Source of the DNA: Thalia democratica
Lineage: Eukaryota
Direction: 5' to 3'
Length of the DNA: 64,000 nucleotides
Assembly (NCBI GenBank): GCA_965202585.1
Contig: OZ241832.1
Coordinates: 18,662,001-18,726,000 of the forward strand
Shown here: positions 1-11,982 of the stretch, in pieces
Layout of the letters: each line of letters opens with the position of its first letter
How positions within the stretch are numbered: the first letter of the stretch is position 1
Position numbers and translations under genes: made by a program
The notes under the pieces: generated by a model
The model's database searches: none
Seen by the model: the letters and a program-made list of their open reading frames with translations, nothing else
What the model was told of the DNA's origin: nothing

Positions 1-1873
1 CTTATAATGTCTTCATAGGTTATGAAAAAATTTTGCATTTTACTACAATTCTTTTGGGGTAGCTTAAAAGATTGGTAACTCTCGTCTTTTTTAAAAACTT
101 TTTGAAAATTTATGTTAAAAAGTGTTGCTATTTCAAAATCTGAGGTTACTGTTTTGTTTTTATCATTATAATATAAGAGATGTATGGATATATTTAACTT
201 AAGTTTAGATTTCACGTAGCTATAAAACTTTTTTAAATTTGGGTTTTTGCAAAATTTGTTTTCATATTCAAAGTTGTATTTTTTAAAAGCTAATTGATAT
301 TCTTTAGACTTGTTTTTGTATTTTATCAAAAGTGATTTATTTGTCTTACTTTTTTTGTATAGATTCGCTTTTTCTTTTAATAATTTTTTAATATGAGATG
401 GATATTTTTTACTTTTGTTATTTTTAGAATAAATTGGAACAAAACGTTTGATTGAGATTTGGATTAAGCTAATGAATTGATCGTAAAACTGCTGGAGATT
501 TTCTGAATTTTTAAATAAAGAGGTCCAATTAATTTTTGACAGGAAATCATTGATGCTTTCAAAATCTGCTTTTTTATAGTCATATGAGTCTTCTTTAGCA
601 ATAGGCACTATTTTATTTTTAATTTTAATTTTTAGTGAAAGCAAGTTATGGTCACAAGTGTTTGTTAATGGAAAATTAGTTGAGTGTGATATGATTCTAT
701 CTAGACCAAAATGATTGCATAATATGAGATCGAGAATGTTACCACTCTTATGGGTTGGATTTTCAATTACTTGGGTTAAAAAATTGTCTGTACAAAAATC
801 AAGAAAACACTCATGGGGTTTATTGAAATCTGTCCTAGGAATCCTCCAATCTATATTTGGCATATTAAAATCACCAAGAACATAAAAAGAACATTCTTTT
901 GGAAAAACCATTTTAATCATTTTAATTACATTTTGAACAGTCAGTGCGCATCTCGCAGACAACGGAGGAAGGTAGACACAACAAAATCTTAATTTCATCT
1001 TTTTTAAAATTACATCTACACATAGGTATTCAAAATTGATGTTGCTAGTAGAGATAGAATCGTTTTTAACTTTAATAACTTTAAGCGAATTTTTGAAAAG
1101 GATAGCAACACCTCCACCCCTACTAGACCTATCACTTCGGTAAATGTTATAGTTAAAAGGACACACTGTGACATCGTTGACCTTATTAGTCAACCATGTT
1201 TCAGTCTAAAAAAAATCAATGTTATTCAAATTTATATAGTTCTCTAAAATATAAAATTTATTTAAAACAGACCTTATATTAGTGAAACAAACATTTAAAT
1301 AGTTGTTGTTACAATTTATATAGGAAAACTTGTTAGTGTTAAAATTAGTCCTATCACTTACAAAATTTATACCCGTTGACTCACGATTTCTTCCACTAAT
1401 CCCAGATGTCCTGGGAGCGGTAACGAAAGGGCTGTTTTGTCAGTTCAACTATCTTGTTGTTCCTTATAACATATTTTATGTTCAATTTTTTCTCATCAGC
1501 GATGGCTTGCTATTTTAACTTCTTTTCTCAATGTTCTCAAAGCTTCAATTTCCAAGAAAGTTCTGTCAGGGTTGATGTAGATTATTGATTCAATTTCACC
1601 ATTAAACATTTTCAAATCTCTCAGTCTTAACAGTCTGTGTTTGGATGCTAAATTGTTTAATTTGACTATAATTGGTCTGATTTTATTATCTGCAATTTTA
1701 CCCACTCGATAAAGTGACTTAAACTCTTCTTTTTTCATTTTATTTTCTCCTAATACTTGTTGAATAATTTTTAGATCAATTTTGCAACTTTCTAGTGCAT
1801 TATGAGCTGGATTTTTACTTTCTGGAATGTTAAATATTATTACATTTAAAGCCTTTTTTTCTTTCAGTTTTTG
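1..1873 (-). mobile_element. Degenerate CR1/L2-clade LINE fragment (ORF1 C-terminal part, APE endonuclease, start of the linker toward RT); continues off the left edge
   Basis: Minus-strand translation gives ORF1-like KALNVIIFNIPES...RPIIVKL...IYINPDRT (ORF 1496..1738). It then gives APE motifs NVCFTNIRSVLNK, TETWL, RGGGVA, CVYLPP, VLGDFN, ILDL and DH, followed by YKKADFESINDFLSKINW and KNPNLKKFYSYV. Stops and frameshifts are present. Confidence 0.88.
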
Positions 1874-4806
1874 TAGGGGTAGGGAGTACTTGGGTGATGT
1901 TTGCTAGACTTTTTTTTCTTTTTGATTTAGATGTGTTTTAGCATTTTTAAGAAGAATTTGATATTAAAAAAAAAAAAATTCCCAAAAAAAAAATTCCGAG
2001 CCCAAAAATTGATTTTGACCCCAAAAATCACTTATTTTCATGATTTTTGACTTAAATAGTAATAAAATCACTTATACATGTCCTATACTTATAATTTTTA
2101 ACTTAAATTAAAGTTTACAGTTATAGGCAAACATTTAAAGACATTTTAACTGTTTTTGTAACATTATGACGTCATAATCACACAAAATATGTAAATTTTG
2201 ACTGTAAGGGTACATTTTATTAAAAAGAGCTAACTTATTCTGCTGTTGTGCTTTTACATTAGTGTAAAGAACTAATGCTTGCATCATTCATTGTTGAACT
2301 AAAGAGAATATTTAGACCTTGTTGCAGTTATGAGAAATGAAGTTTAAAATCAATGATGCAACTTTTTATCAGTTTTATTTTATCAGTGCAGTAAAACTGG
2401 CTAGTGCAACAAATCATCAATATATTAATTTTGAGTTTTAGATAAAAAGTTAAAGTTAAATTATATGTTATCTGCTTTAATTTAATTATTTTAAAAGTTT
2501 AATAGTTATTAAATTTTTTATAGTTTTATTACACACTAGATAGAAATTTATTTAATTTTTAGTTTATTGTTTAAGTGGTTTGAAAAGTATTAGATATCTA
2601 CAAGATCTTCAAGTGTTTTATAGTTTACTCAAAAAAATTTGATTACTTGCTCAAACTACTGCTTGACTCAGAATTTATTGTTACCGAACTTGAGGCACTT
2701 TCTTACTTTACTCACAAGGTAACACTTCCTTTTTTACACTTTGTTGAGGTTAGCTCTCAAGAAAACCTTCTACAAGTATTTCCTGAGCTGTATAAAGATC
2801 TTAGCAGTGGAAAAATGAACACTCTGGATGCCTATGTGGTACATTATCCACACAATAAGGTGTTAAAGCCAACTTCTGATCTGTGTTTAAAAATTCTTAA
2901 CAAGATGTGTCTCCATGCCGCCCAAGTCTTTGATCGCCAAACAGGCAGAGAATATGGATTTGGAAACTTTCGTTTGTCAAATCCATCACGTGCGACTGAG
3001 CTCCATTTGTTAACTAATGAAGAACTGGCAGGACTCCCGACCAATAACTTAGAATGTGAAAGACATCTTGCTGGATTTGGAAAGCGTGCAGCAGTGGCAA
3101 AATTTAGGAACAAACGCTTTACAGCAAAAGGAATAAGAAATGATTGTACACTACTTATTTCTGATGCTTTTGAAACTAAAAATGAAAAAAAGTTTAATAA
3201 AGTTGTAAAATTTTGAATGAGATGGAGCTAAAGTGGGTAGCTGAACAAAAAAAATTAAAGCTCAAGCAAATAAAAGAAAAGGGATCAGTATGTGCAGAAG
3301 CGTCTCAAACTGTGTAAAAGCTGGGGTGGGCCTGTGGTAAGCGTTGAAGAGTTGCATACTATCTTAAACTCTCATCCTGATCAAAATGAAGTGATTGTTC
3401 GTAATGAGTTAATTTACTTTAGAGAGTCACACAAGTCTGAAGTGTTGTGCAATCCAGAACTTTTTAAAGTAAATGGTAATACCCATGAAGAAAGACTCCT
3501 AAATTTATGTGCTCTTATTGCAGAAGATGAGGAGTGCTCTCAGTCTCTGTGTTCATTACCAACTAATGCTGATGCAGCACTAGTTGTAGGGGCTTCTTCC
3601 TTCAATATGCAAAAGGAGAAAAATGCAGACATTGAGGTAGGGCATTTTTATGCCACGTTAATTAAAGAAGGGTTGTTAGACACATGGTACATTGCAACAT
3701 GTGAAGGTAGAAATGGTGATGGAACTTATAAGATGGACCACCTTATGAGAGTTTAAGATGGAAGCAATTTAAAGTGGAAACGCCCAACTAAACCTAATTT
3801 GCTTAATTTGCATTCAGAATCTATACTAGACTGTGAAATTGATGGTGAATGGAATGTTTCAAATGAAAGATCAATTACTTTTTCACTGAGAAACCATAAT
3901 CATATAGAACTTTTAGTAAAACAGATGTCTTTTAAAGAAAGTTAAATGATAGTTTTTGTGTCTTCAACAGCATTATGTCTACCTAACTTTTTTTTTAAAT
4001 ATTCCATAAGATTTTATCATCATGTGACAGTTTTTTTAAACTATTTTTTTAAGTATCAGTCATTTTCCAGTAAAGTCAAGTATTATAACTAAATGGTACA
4101 GTTCATTGTTCGTTTATTTTGCAATATTCTTTATTTCTTTATAATAATATAATCATTATTTGCAATCATTAACTTAATTATGTCATAAAAAATTATCTTG
4201 CCTATAATACATTATAATTTTTTAATGTTTGGTTATTTATTTTGTTGTTATACTAGTTGAATAATTATCTAAGAGTTTTTTAAACACTTATGACTAAATG
4301 AATTATGACATCAAACATCACGCTAATATACATACCAGTACCACATCATTTAAATCTTTAAAGGTAAGTAAGAAGTTTGTTTAAAATGTTAAAGTAACTC
4401 TTACTTTTGGAATAAAAAATTTTAAATAGAGCTATGCTTATTAAATTTTTAAAAAGTACTATTTTATCGAAAACATTTACATATTTTTTGTGATTATGAC
4501 ATCATAATGTAACAAAAACAGTTGAAATGTCTTTAAATGTTTGCCTATAACTGTAAACTTTAATTTAAGTTAAAACTATAAGTATAGGACATGTATAAGT
4601 GACTTTATTACTATTTAAGTCAAAAATAATGAAAATAAGTGATTTTTGCGATCAAAATCAATTTTTGGGTTCGGAATTTTTTTTTTGGGAATTTTTTTTT
4701 TTTAATATCAAATTCTTCTTAATGATGCTAAAACACATCTAGATCAAAAAGAAAAATATAAATTTTACAACATGACCAAAAAAATGTGGTGTACTCCCTA
4801 CCCCTA
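1874..4806. mobile_element. Internally deleted cut-and-paste DNA transposon with ~320-bp terminal inverted repeats; superfamily not assigned
   Basis: TAGGGGTAGGGAGTAC at 1874 is the exact reverse complement of GTACTCCCTACCCCTA ending at 4806. Imperfect inverted identity extends over about 1874-2195 and 4475-4806. TA lies at both ends. Confidence 0.9.
2647..3945 (+). pseudogene. C-terminal remnant of a probable transposase inside the TIR element
   Basis: ORFs 2647..3216 and 3292..3756 join through frameshifts and read through one in-frame TAA to a stop at 3943-3945. The LPTNNLECERHL motif resembles the T/N-x-x-x-ER catalytic-Glu region of DDE transposases (inference). Confidence 0.6.
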
Positions 4807-5355
4807 GTTTTTTTAGTTATAATAACAAATAAACTACTTGTTATATCTATCATTTAACTAATTTTTAGATATTTATAGTGGGGTTTATGTTAAGTTTTTG
4901 TAAGCATAGGTTAATAAAAAATACTTTTTGTTAAAAATTCTACTTCTAAACATTTGAACTATGAAGGTAGAAGTATGTTTTAAGATGTTAAGCTGAAAAA
5001 ATTTAAAACTTATTAGTTTAGTTTTTTTAATATCAGTTTCTGTAGTTTATTTTTTGGGAAAACTTTCAAAGATCCACTTTGAAAAATATATAACTTAAAG
5101 TTGTTTGAGTTTTTTTGTAACCTTAGTAAAATTTTATGAAGACAATGAAGTTTTACATTAGCTTTTTAAAAATAATAAATATCTCTTTTAACATAACATT
5201 ATTATTATCTCTTTTTTATATTTTTTTATTCTGTTTATTTTTTTAAATGAAGTAGTTGTTCAATTTTGTTTAAATTTTAGGTTTTGTTTTTACTTAGCTA
5301 TTTTATAAAATTTTTAAAATAAGACTATAAAAATATACAACTGAATTGTTATATA

Positions 5356-7400
5356 ATGGAGTTCACAAATGAAGAAAATTTGCTTCTTAATGAGGGTTAG
5401 TAAATTGTTATTATATTATCAAAAAAATTGTTTATTTTTTATGATTTTAATGCTAATTTATTATTTTGACAACTTAAAATTTGTTATAACAAGCAAAACT
5501 AAAGTTCTTTGGAAAATAGTAATTCAACTAATGTACTATAAAATTATGTGACAAAAAGTTTTATCTCGCTCATAAAGTATCTTGCATATAAAGTAATATA
5601 ACTACTGTACGAATTCGAGCTTATACATTTCTATTTATGCACAGGTGACATTTTTTATAAGATGTAATTTTTTACAGATGTTTCAAACCAAGCTAACCTA
5701 TTACCTATAAATCTTAAAGAAGTAATTGGTAAGTTACAAGTTGAAAGAAATTATTTCAAAACTCAAGTAAAAAACTTCAAAAAGAAAAGCAACAACTAGT
5801 TATTTCAAATAAAATTTTTTCAAAAAAAGTAAATTTTCTTGAAGAAAAACTTAAAACAACAATCACTTTGTAAGTTCTAGTGTTTGTATTTTAGTATTTA
5901 TTTAAATATAGTTCCAGTTTTAAGCGTTGATTTTTGTTTGTAGCAACCTCATTAGAATGTTTCTGCGTTAAAAGCTTAACAATTAACAACGAAGTAAAAA
6001 ATAAAATGTTTATTTAAAAAAAGGTCTGACAACAAAGTCACCACTGAAGTTAATTCAGATCAAGTTGAATCTTCACTGAATGATGTTGAACATGATAAAA
6101 ATATTTATAAATTAGTTAATAGTGTAAACTGTAAGTTACTTAACTTGTTTTTGTACTAATATTTAAAAATCTTTATTTAGAGATTAACTTTGATATATTT
6201 GTAAAGATGATTAATTACAAAATACTTTTGTACTAATTCTAATTGTTGAAAACTTTATATTAATAAAATTAAATGTATGTTTTTGGTCTGCTAAAGTTCA
6301 GTATAACTCCAAATTCTTAACTTTTATAGGTCTAAGTTCAACTAATCTTTTGAAAACTGGTCACTTAAGTGGGTCTTTTGAAAAAGTAAAATCTGAAGAA
6401 AATGTTTCATACAATGTGCATGAATCCCAAACTAACAATTTAAATAAAGGTAATATAAATATTTTAAAATTGTTATACAAAATGTTTACGCTAGTATTAT
6501 TTTAGATAATACCTGATCTTAAGCTTATGAAAAAATATATAAGTTAGTGGTCGAGTTAGTACCTTTCCCAAATTTACAGTTACTATTTTTTTTAAACAGT
6601 TACAAATTTTGTTATTAAAATAAACCTTAAATAAAGTATTTATTTTATTTATTACACTCATAGTTTTAGTAAATATTATTTTTTAAGATTTATTTCAGTG
6701 TATTCTTAATTTAATATAGAGCTTTGTGAAATTGAAAATAGATTAAATTGTAGTATTATTAGTGACACAAAAACTTGTTCAGTTATAAACTGATTCATAA
6801 CCTTAGTATAAACGGCATTTATATAAAACGAGATAATCATGCATTTTTTTTTAAATAACTTGTTACTTTTGTTTTAACACAAGCAATAATTTTTGTTTTA
6901 TTCATAATATATACGATATTGTTATTTTAACTGGATATGTATGATTTAAATCATATTGCAAATTTTTACAGAAAAACAATTTGGTTGTCAAGTATGTCAT
7001 AGAAAATACTCCACTAAAGTTTCTCTTTATCAACACATGAAAGTTCATGACAAATCGAAAAGTTTAAAGTGTGATGTTTGTTTGAAAGTTTTCTCTAGAA
7101 ATGCTGATCTCAAAAGACATTACAGAACACATACTGGAGAAAAACCTGTTGCTTGCCAAGTTTGTGATAAAAGATTTGCTCGAAAATCTGTATGAGTTGA
7201 ACATCAAACTACTCACATGGATATAAGAAATATCAAATATTCTATTTGCCCCGAAGGTAGATATTTCAAGACTAATAAACATTTATGTCAGCACATGAAA
7301 TTTCATTATGAACCAACATTTTCTTGCAGTCATTGAGGTCATAAAAGTTATACCTCAAGTGATTTAGTAAAGCATAGAAAACTCATCTTCAATTTTTTTA
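5356..7400 (+). pseudogene. Coiled-coil + 5x C2H2 zinc-finger gene A1, disabled
   Basis: Predicted exons 5356-5395, 5678-5869, 6024-6130, 6330-6449 and 6972-~7400 with GT-AG sites. Exon 2 is 192 bp versus 193 bp in the paralogs (frameshift). The finger exon has an in-frame TGA after FARKSV and a Cys-to-TGA change in the last finger. Confidence 0.82.
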
Positions 7401-8519
7401 ATTTTAATCTTTTGTTTCCTATTAGTGTCAAAAGTCTTAACATTTTAAAGAAAATAAGTTAAAATTTGTCTTTTTACAGTTATATTTATAAAAAAACATT
7501 CTAGTATATAAACAAACACATTGATTAGTTATTAAATATAATTACTTTTAGTGTTTGCTAATAGAAGTTCAAGCTAAAAGATTATATCAAGTCTTCTTTT
7601 AGTTAACTAACTGTATTTAAGTTGTAAAACAAAGTTCTAAAAACTTATTATTAGTAATGTAACTGTTTATTATTACTTAGTTTTTAAAATAATTTATTAA
7701 GATTTGATTAAGTTTTTTTTAGTTTTTTGTTATTTATTAAATACCTATTTCCGCTTTATAGTTAAGCTTTTTTTCATATATTTTAGAACTGTAAATAAGT
7801 ATTTTTGTTGAATTCAAAAAAAAAAAAACGATTTAAATAATTTTTTTATTATCTTTTTTGTTTAGTTTAGATATAAAAACTGTGAACCAGTTTTACTACA
7901 AAAAACCTTTTTTAAAATCATTATTTACTCATTGTTTATGACAGCTCTGCTTGTTACTAATTTTCTGTTGTTTAAATTAAGTAACTTAATTATTTACTAT
8001 TGTTTAAGTTTCAAATTTTATCGTATACTTACCAGATTTTTTAACTAAATAAATAGTTTTAAAAAAAAAAACCAAGTGAATTACTACATAAGTAATTCAT
8101 AGTTGAAAACTTGCTAAATAAAATATGGTTAGTCTTTTTTTATGTGTTTTAACTAAATAATATTTCAGTAATACTTATATTTCTACAACTTGCATAGAGC
8201 AATTTATTATAGTCCGTTGGTTTTAAGTTTATTTATAATGTTATATTAAACATTTTTTTTAAAATCACATATACTGTGTTATTTTATAAGCGTATATTTA
8301 TAAAAAAACTATTGTTGAAGGTTAAACTTGTTAATAAAACAACTAGAAAAACATTAGTATTTTTGAAAACATTTCTTAAAACTTCTAAATTCTAAAACCT
8401 CTAAACTTTAAAATTCTTAAAATGGGTTTTAAAAATTTAAATTATTAAAGTTTAAACTCTATCAGTAAATTTTAAAAGCCACTGGTAAACATATTTTTTA
8501 ATTGTTTAAATACTTACTG

Positions 8520-8830
8520 AAAAAGAACTTATTTTTCAAGTTTGTCATAAAAAAAGTTTTACCAGATATTCTCTTAATCAACACATGTAAGTTTAAGATA
8601 ATTTTATAAATTATAAAAGTGATGTTTGATTGAAAGTATTTTCATACAGATCATTGTTTACAAGACATCAGAAAACACTTACTGGAGAAAAACCTTTTGC
8701 TTGTCAAAGATGTGACAGAAAATTGGCCTTAAAAGTAACAAAGTTTAATCTCAAGCTACTCATAATATAGAAAAACGTTTTGCTTGTCAATCGTTTTGAT
8801 TGTCAAAATAATGTGATGGAACTTTTTCAG
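8520..8830 (+). pseudogene. Relic C2H2 zinc-finger exon D1
   Basis: Degenerate finger and linker text (SLNQHM, CDV, TGEKPFACQRCD) with frameshifts; paralog at about 28615-28930. Confidence 0.7.
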
Positions 8831-9122
8831 TAAACCTTACTTATTTCGACATCAACCTACTACAAGATTGTTAGAAATTTTAGAAGTTAAATTTGTTTAG
8901 ATTATTTAATTAAAGGTAGTTCAAGTCAACATATGATCTTCAATAATGGACACAAATTTTATTGAAAAGACTTTTCTCATATATTTTATTTAAATTTAAT
9001 TTGAAGTTTAAATCAATGTGTTTGCAACTTTTGTTTTAAAGTAAAAATATATAATTTTCCAGTTTTTAAAGACCTAAAAGTAAATTTAAATTATATCCCA
9101 ATAAGGTTTTTTTAATTATAAC

Positions 9123-9135
9123 CATTTAATTATTT
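9123..9135 (+). repeat. Left target-site duplication CATTTAATTATTT of the Penelope array
   Basis: Identical 13-mer at 17413-17425; present once at the empty paralogous site 29222-29234. Confidence 0.92.
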
Positions 9136-9328
9136 ATATAAACTTATTGTTAAACTTTTATTGCGTTACGCCGTTTCCCTGCAGAGCAGTTCATCAGACG
9201 CTAAAAAAAGCTGAAAACAAAAGTATACAGGGCGATGAATTGGAAAATAAAAATACACACATAATATATAAATGAAAATAATATTTACATTTGAAATATG
9301 AGTTTTAAATAATATGTGGTTTACAAAA
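9136..9328 (-). repeat. Inverted pseudo-LTR segment (193 bp) at the 5' end of the Penelope array
   Basis: Reverse complement of 11689-11881, including the hammerhead motif. Confidence 0.95.
9163..9201 (-). ncRNA. Minimal type I hammerhead ribozyme motif (inverted copy)
   Basis: Reverse complement of the motif at 11816-11854. Confidence 0.78.
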
Positions 9329-11377
9329 TATATGACCAAAATGTACCACCAAACGGCAAAGTTCATCAACAGGATGCGATGGAAAGTTTTCTTTCTCGAC
9401 AGAGACGAAGCAACCCAACCACCTGATGAATTTGCCAATATTTACAACAGCCGAAGATCAGCACCTGAATCAGACAAACTCAAAGCCTTTGAAAACGACC
9501 TATACGAAATCATCAGAAACCTCAAGTTCTCAAAATTTAGATCAAAGTACCAAAAGACTCTAAACAAAGACATAAAAAAGCTACTAAATAAGAAAATGAT
9601 TATAGTCTTTTCAGATAAAACATCAAACTTATACTATATGAATGCAAATAAATACAAGAAGCTAATGAAAAATAGCATAACTAGCGAATATTCAATTGAC
9701 AACGAAAATACCATTAATGACATTAACAACGAAGCAGCACAAATCCTAAGTAAACAAATGAGCTTAAAGAACAAAAAAGTTCCAAAATATGAAGTCAATG
9801 AAGCATTCCTTTCTATCAAAGACCATAAAGCGAACTTTCCACACGATATCAACTGTAGAATAATTAATTCATCTAAAACCCACTTAGGCAAACTGTCAAG
9901 AACCATCCTACAAAAACACATAACAACCATAAGAAAAAAATCCATGCTTAGCCAATGGAAAAACTCTGGAGAAGTGATAGATTGGTTCGAAAAAATCAAC
10001 AACAAAAACCACAAATGCTTCGTTAATTTTGACATTAAGAACTTCTACCCAACTATTAAAAGAAAGCACTTAATAGATGCAATCAACTTTTCCAACTCTT
10101 ATTCAAGGTTCACAGAGTTTGAGATAGAGACTATTTTACACACATGCAAATCAGTAATGTTTTACGATAATAATATGTGGAAAAAAACCAACTCCAATGA
10201 CAACTTCGACGTACCTATGGGATCATTTCACGGCGCCGAAATATGTGACCTTGTAGGTTTATACCTATTACACCATCTGTCTACGATTATAAACATTGAG
10301 TCAATTGGACTCTACAGAGATGATGGACTTGCCGTTATCAATCAAACAAATAAGAGTAATATTTGCAAAATAAAAAACAAAATTACAAAAAAACTAGCAG
10401 ACATAGGATTCGACATTACAATTAGTGCAGGTGAAACCTCCACCAACTTCTTAGACATACATTTAAACCTCCTAACTGATGATTATTGCCCATATGTAAA
10501 GCCAAACGCAAAGACCATCTATATTGACAAAGATTCTAACCATCCTAGAACAATTAAGAAAAATATACCAAAAATGATCGAAAATAGAATTTCAAAACTA
10601 ACAAAAAGCAAAGAATCATTTGATAACGCGAAACAAATCTACCAAAACGCTTTAAGCAAAAGCAACTTCCATCATAAGCTCGAATATAACCCAACAACTA
10701 ATAACAACAAAGCAAAAAACAGAAAAAGAAAATGTATATTTTACAACCCACCTTTCTGTGAATCAGTGAAAACCAAATTCGGAAACCTCTTTTTAAAACT
10801 GCTTGACAAGCACTTCCCACAATCAACAGAATTACACAAAATCTTCAATAGAAGTTCCACCAAGATATCATACTGCTGTTCCCCAAACATTAAAGCACTA
10901 ATAAGTGGACATAATAAGAAACTGCTAGAAAAACCACAAATAGAACCGAAGCTATGCAACTGCAGAAACAGAGAGCAATGTCCAGTAATGAATAAATGTA
11001 AATTAGAAAATGTAATATACGAAGCAATCGTCTCATCTGAGAAAAATAAGAGAATGTCATATATTGGATCCACCCGAAGAGCATTCAAAAACAGATTGTA
11101 CGAACATAGAGTATCATTTCCAAAACCAAACAAGAAGAAACCCGCCAACTGTACACAACTCGCCAACTACATGTGGAAATTATATGAAAAAGGCGAGAAA
11201 CCCACTATTGAATGGAAAATTCTCCGACAGACAAAAAGCAGATTTAAACCAAACTTCATGTGCTCGATATGTAACCTTGAAAGACTGTTTATAGCAAATG
11301 CTAACCAGAGAAAAATACTTAATAAAAGAAATGAACTAGTCACGCAATGCCCTCATTACCCTAAGGAATACTTTTAG
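9314..11377 (+). CDS. Penelope-like RT-GIY-YIG polyprotein, copy 1 (5'-truncated, with the first six codons supplied by the inversion junction)
   Basis: 687-aa ORF, identical from MTKMYHQT onward to copies 2 and 3. It lacks MTHSSDELILIDFKHSLKTIPITNKTLF. Confidence 0.9.
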   Translation: MWFTKYMTKMYHQTAKFINRMRWKVFFLDRDEATQPPDEFANIYNSRRSAPESDKLKAFENDLYEIIRNLKFSKFRSKYQKTLNKDIKKLLNKKMIIVFSDKTSNLYYMNANKYKKLMKNSITSEYSIDNENTINDINNEAAQILSKQMSLKNKKVPKYEVNEAFLSIKDHKANFPHDINCRIINSSKTHLGKLSRTILQKHITTIRKKSMLSQWKNSGEVIDWFEKINNKNHKCFVNFDIKNFYPTIKRKHLIDAINFSNSYSRFTEFEIETILHTCKSVMFYDNNMWKKTNSNDNFDVPMGSFHGAEICDLVGLYLLHHLSTIINIESIGLYRDDGLAVINQTNKSNICKIKNKITKKLADIGFDITISAGETSTNFLDIHLNLLTDDYCPYVKPNAKTIYIDKDSNHPRTIKKNIPKMIENRISKLTKSKESFDNAKQIYQNALSKSNFHHKLEYNPTTNNNKAKNRKRKCIFYNPPFCESVKTKFGNLFLKLLDKHFPQSTELHKIFNRSSTKISYCCSPNIKALISGHNKKLLEKPQIEPKLCNCRNREQCPVMNKCKLENVIYEAIVSSEKNKRMSYIGSTRRAFKNRLYEHRVSFPKPNKKKPANCTQLANYMWKLYEKGEKPTIEWKILRQTKSRFKPNFMCSICNLERLFIANANQRKILNKRNELVTQCPHYPKEYF

Positions 11378-11815
11378 TTTATTTTTTATCGCATTAACTT
11401 AGTTTATTTAGCTTATTTCATTCTATTTAATTATATTGTTACTTTGTATTTATGTTTGTATTGTATAAAGATTTTGTTTTAAAGTTACAACATTCCCGTA
11501 AAAAGACCATTTCTGTTTTCTAAAAATCCCCTACAAATCTTAGTATTTACATTTTTTCAAAATCCTAATATATTAAATGCTTAGTAAATAAATAAATTTT
11601 CTAAATATATAAAATCTATAGTTAATAAATTATTTAAACTAAACTTACCTATATTTCATTTTAATTTAACTTAACTTTAAAATTTAACTTTTGTAAACCA
11701 CATATTATTTAAAACTCATATTTCAAATGTAAATATTATTTTCATTTATATATTATGTGTGTATTTTTATTTTCCAATTCATCGCCCTGTATACTTTTGT
11801 TTTCAGCTTTTTTTA

Positions 11816-11854
11816 GCGTCTGATGAACTGCTCTGCAGGGAAACGGCGTAACGC
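11816..11854 (+). ncRNA. Minimal type I hammerhead ribozyme motif in the Penelope spacer
   Basis: GCGT-CTGATGA-A(CTGC TCT GCAG)G-GAAA-CG G CG-TA-ACGC. Stem I is GCGT/ACGC, stem II is CTGC/GCAG, stem III is the short ACG-G-CGT, and the predicted GUA cleavage is after 11850. Confidence 0.82.
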
Positions 11855-11982
11855 AATAAAAGTTTAACAATAAGTTTATATAATTCATATCTCCCACCAA
11901 GGATTGATAACTCTGTCTAGTTCTGTTTTTGTATCAAAAAAGCCTTTGCTCACTACTGGTTGGAGCACTCTTAAACTGCAGC

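Noticed and set aside
11929-11982. 727-aa start given by the ORF track
   Set aside because: It begins at TTG. The first in-frame ATG is 11983, just before the conserved-looking FKHSLKTIPI segment.
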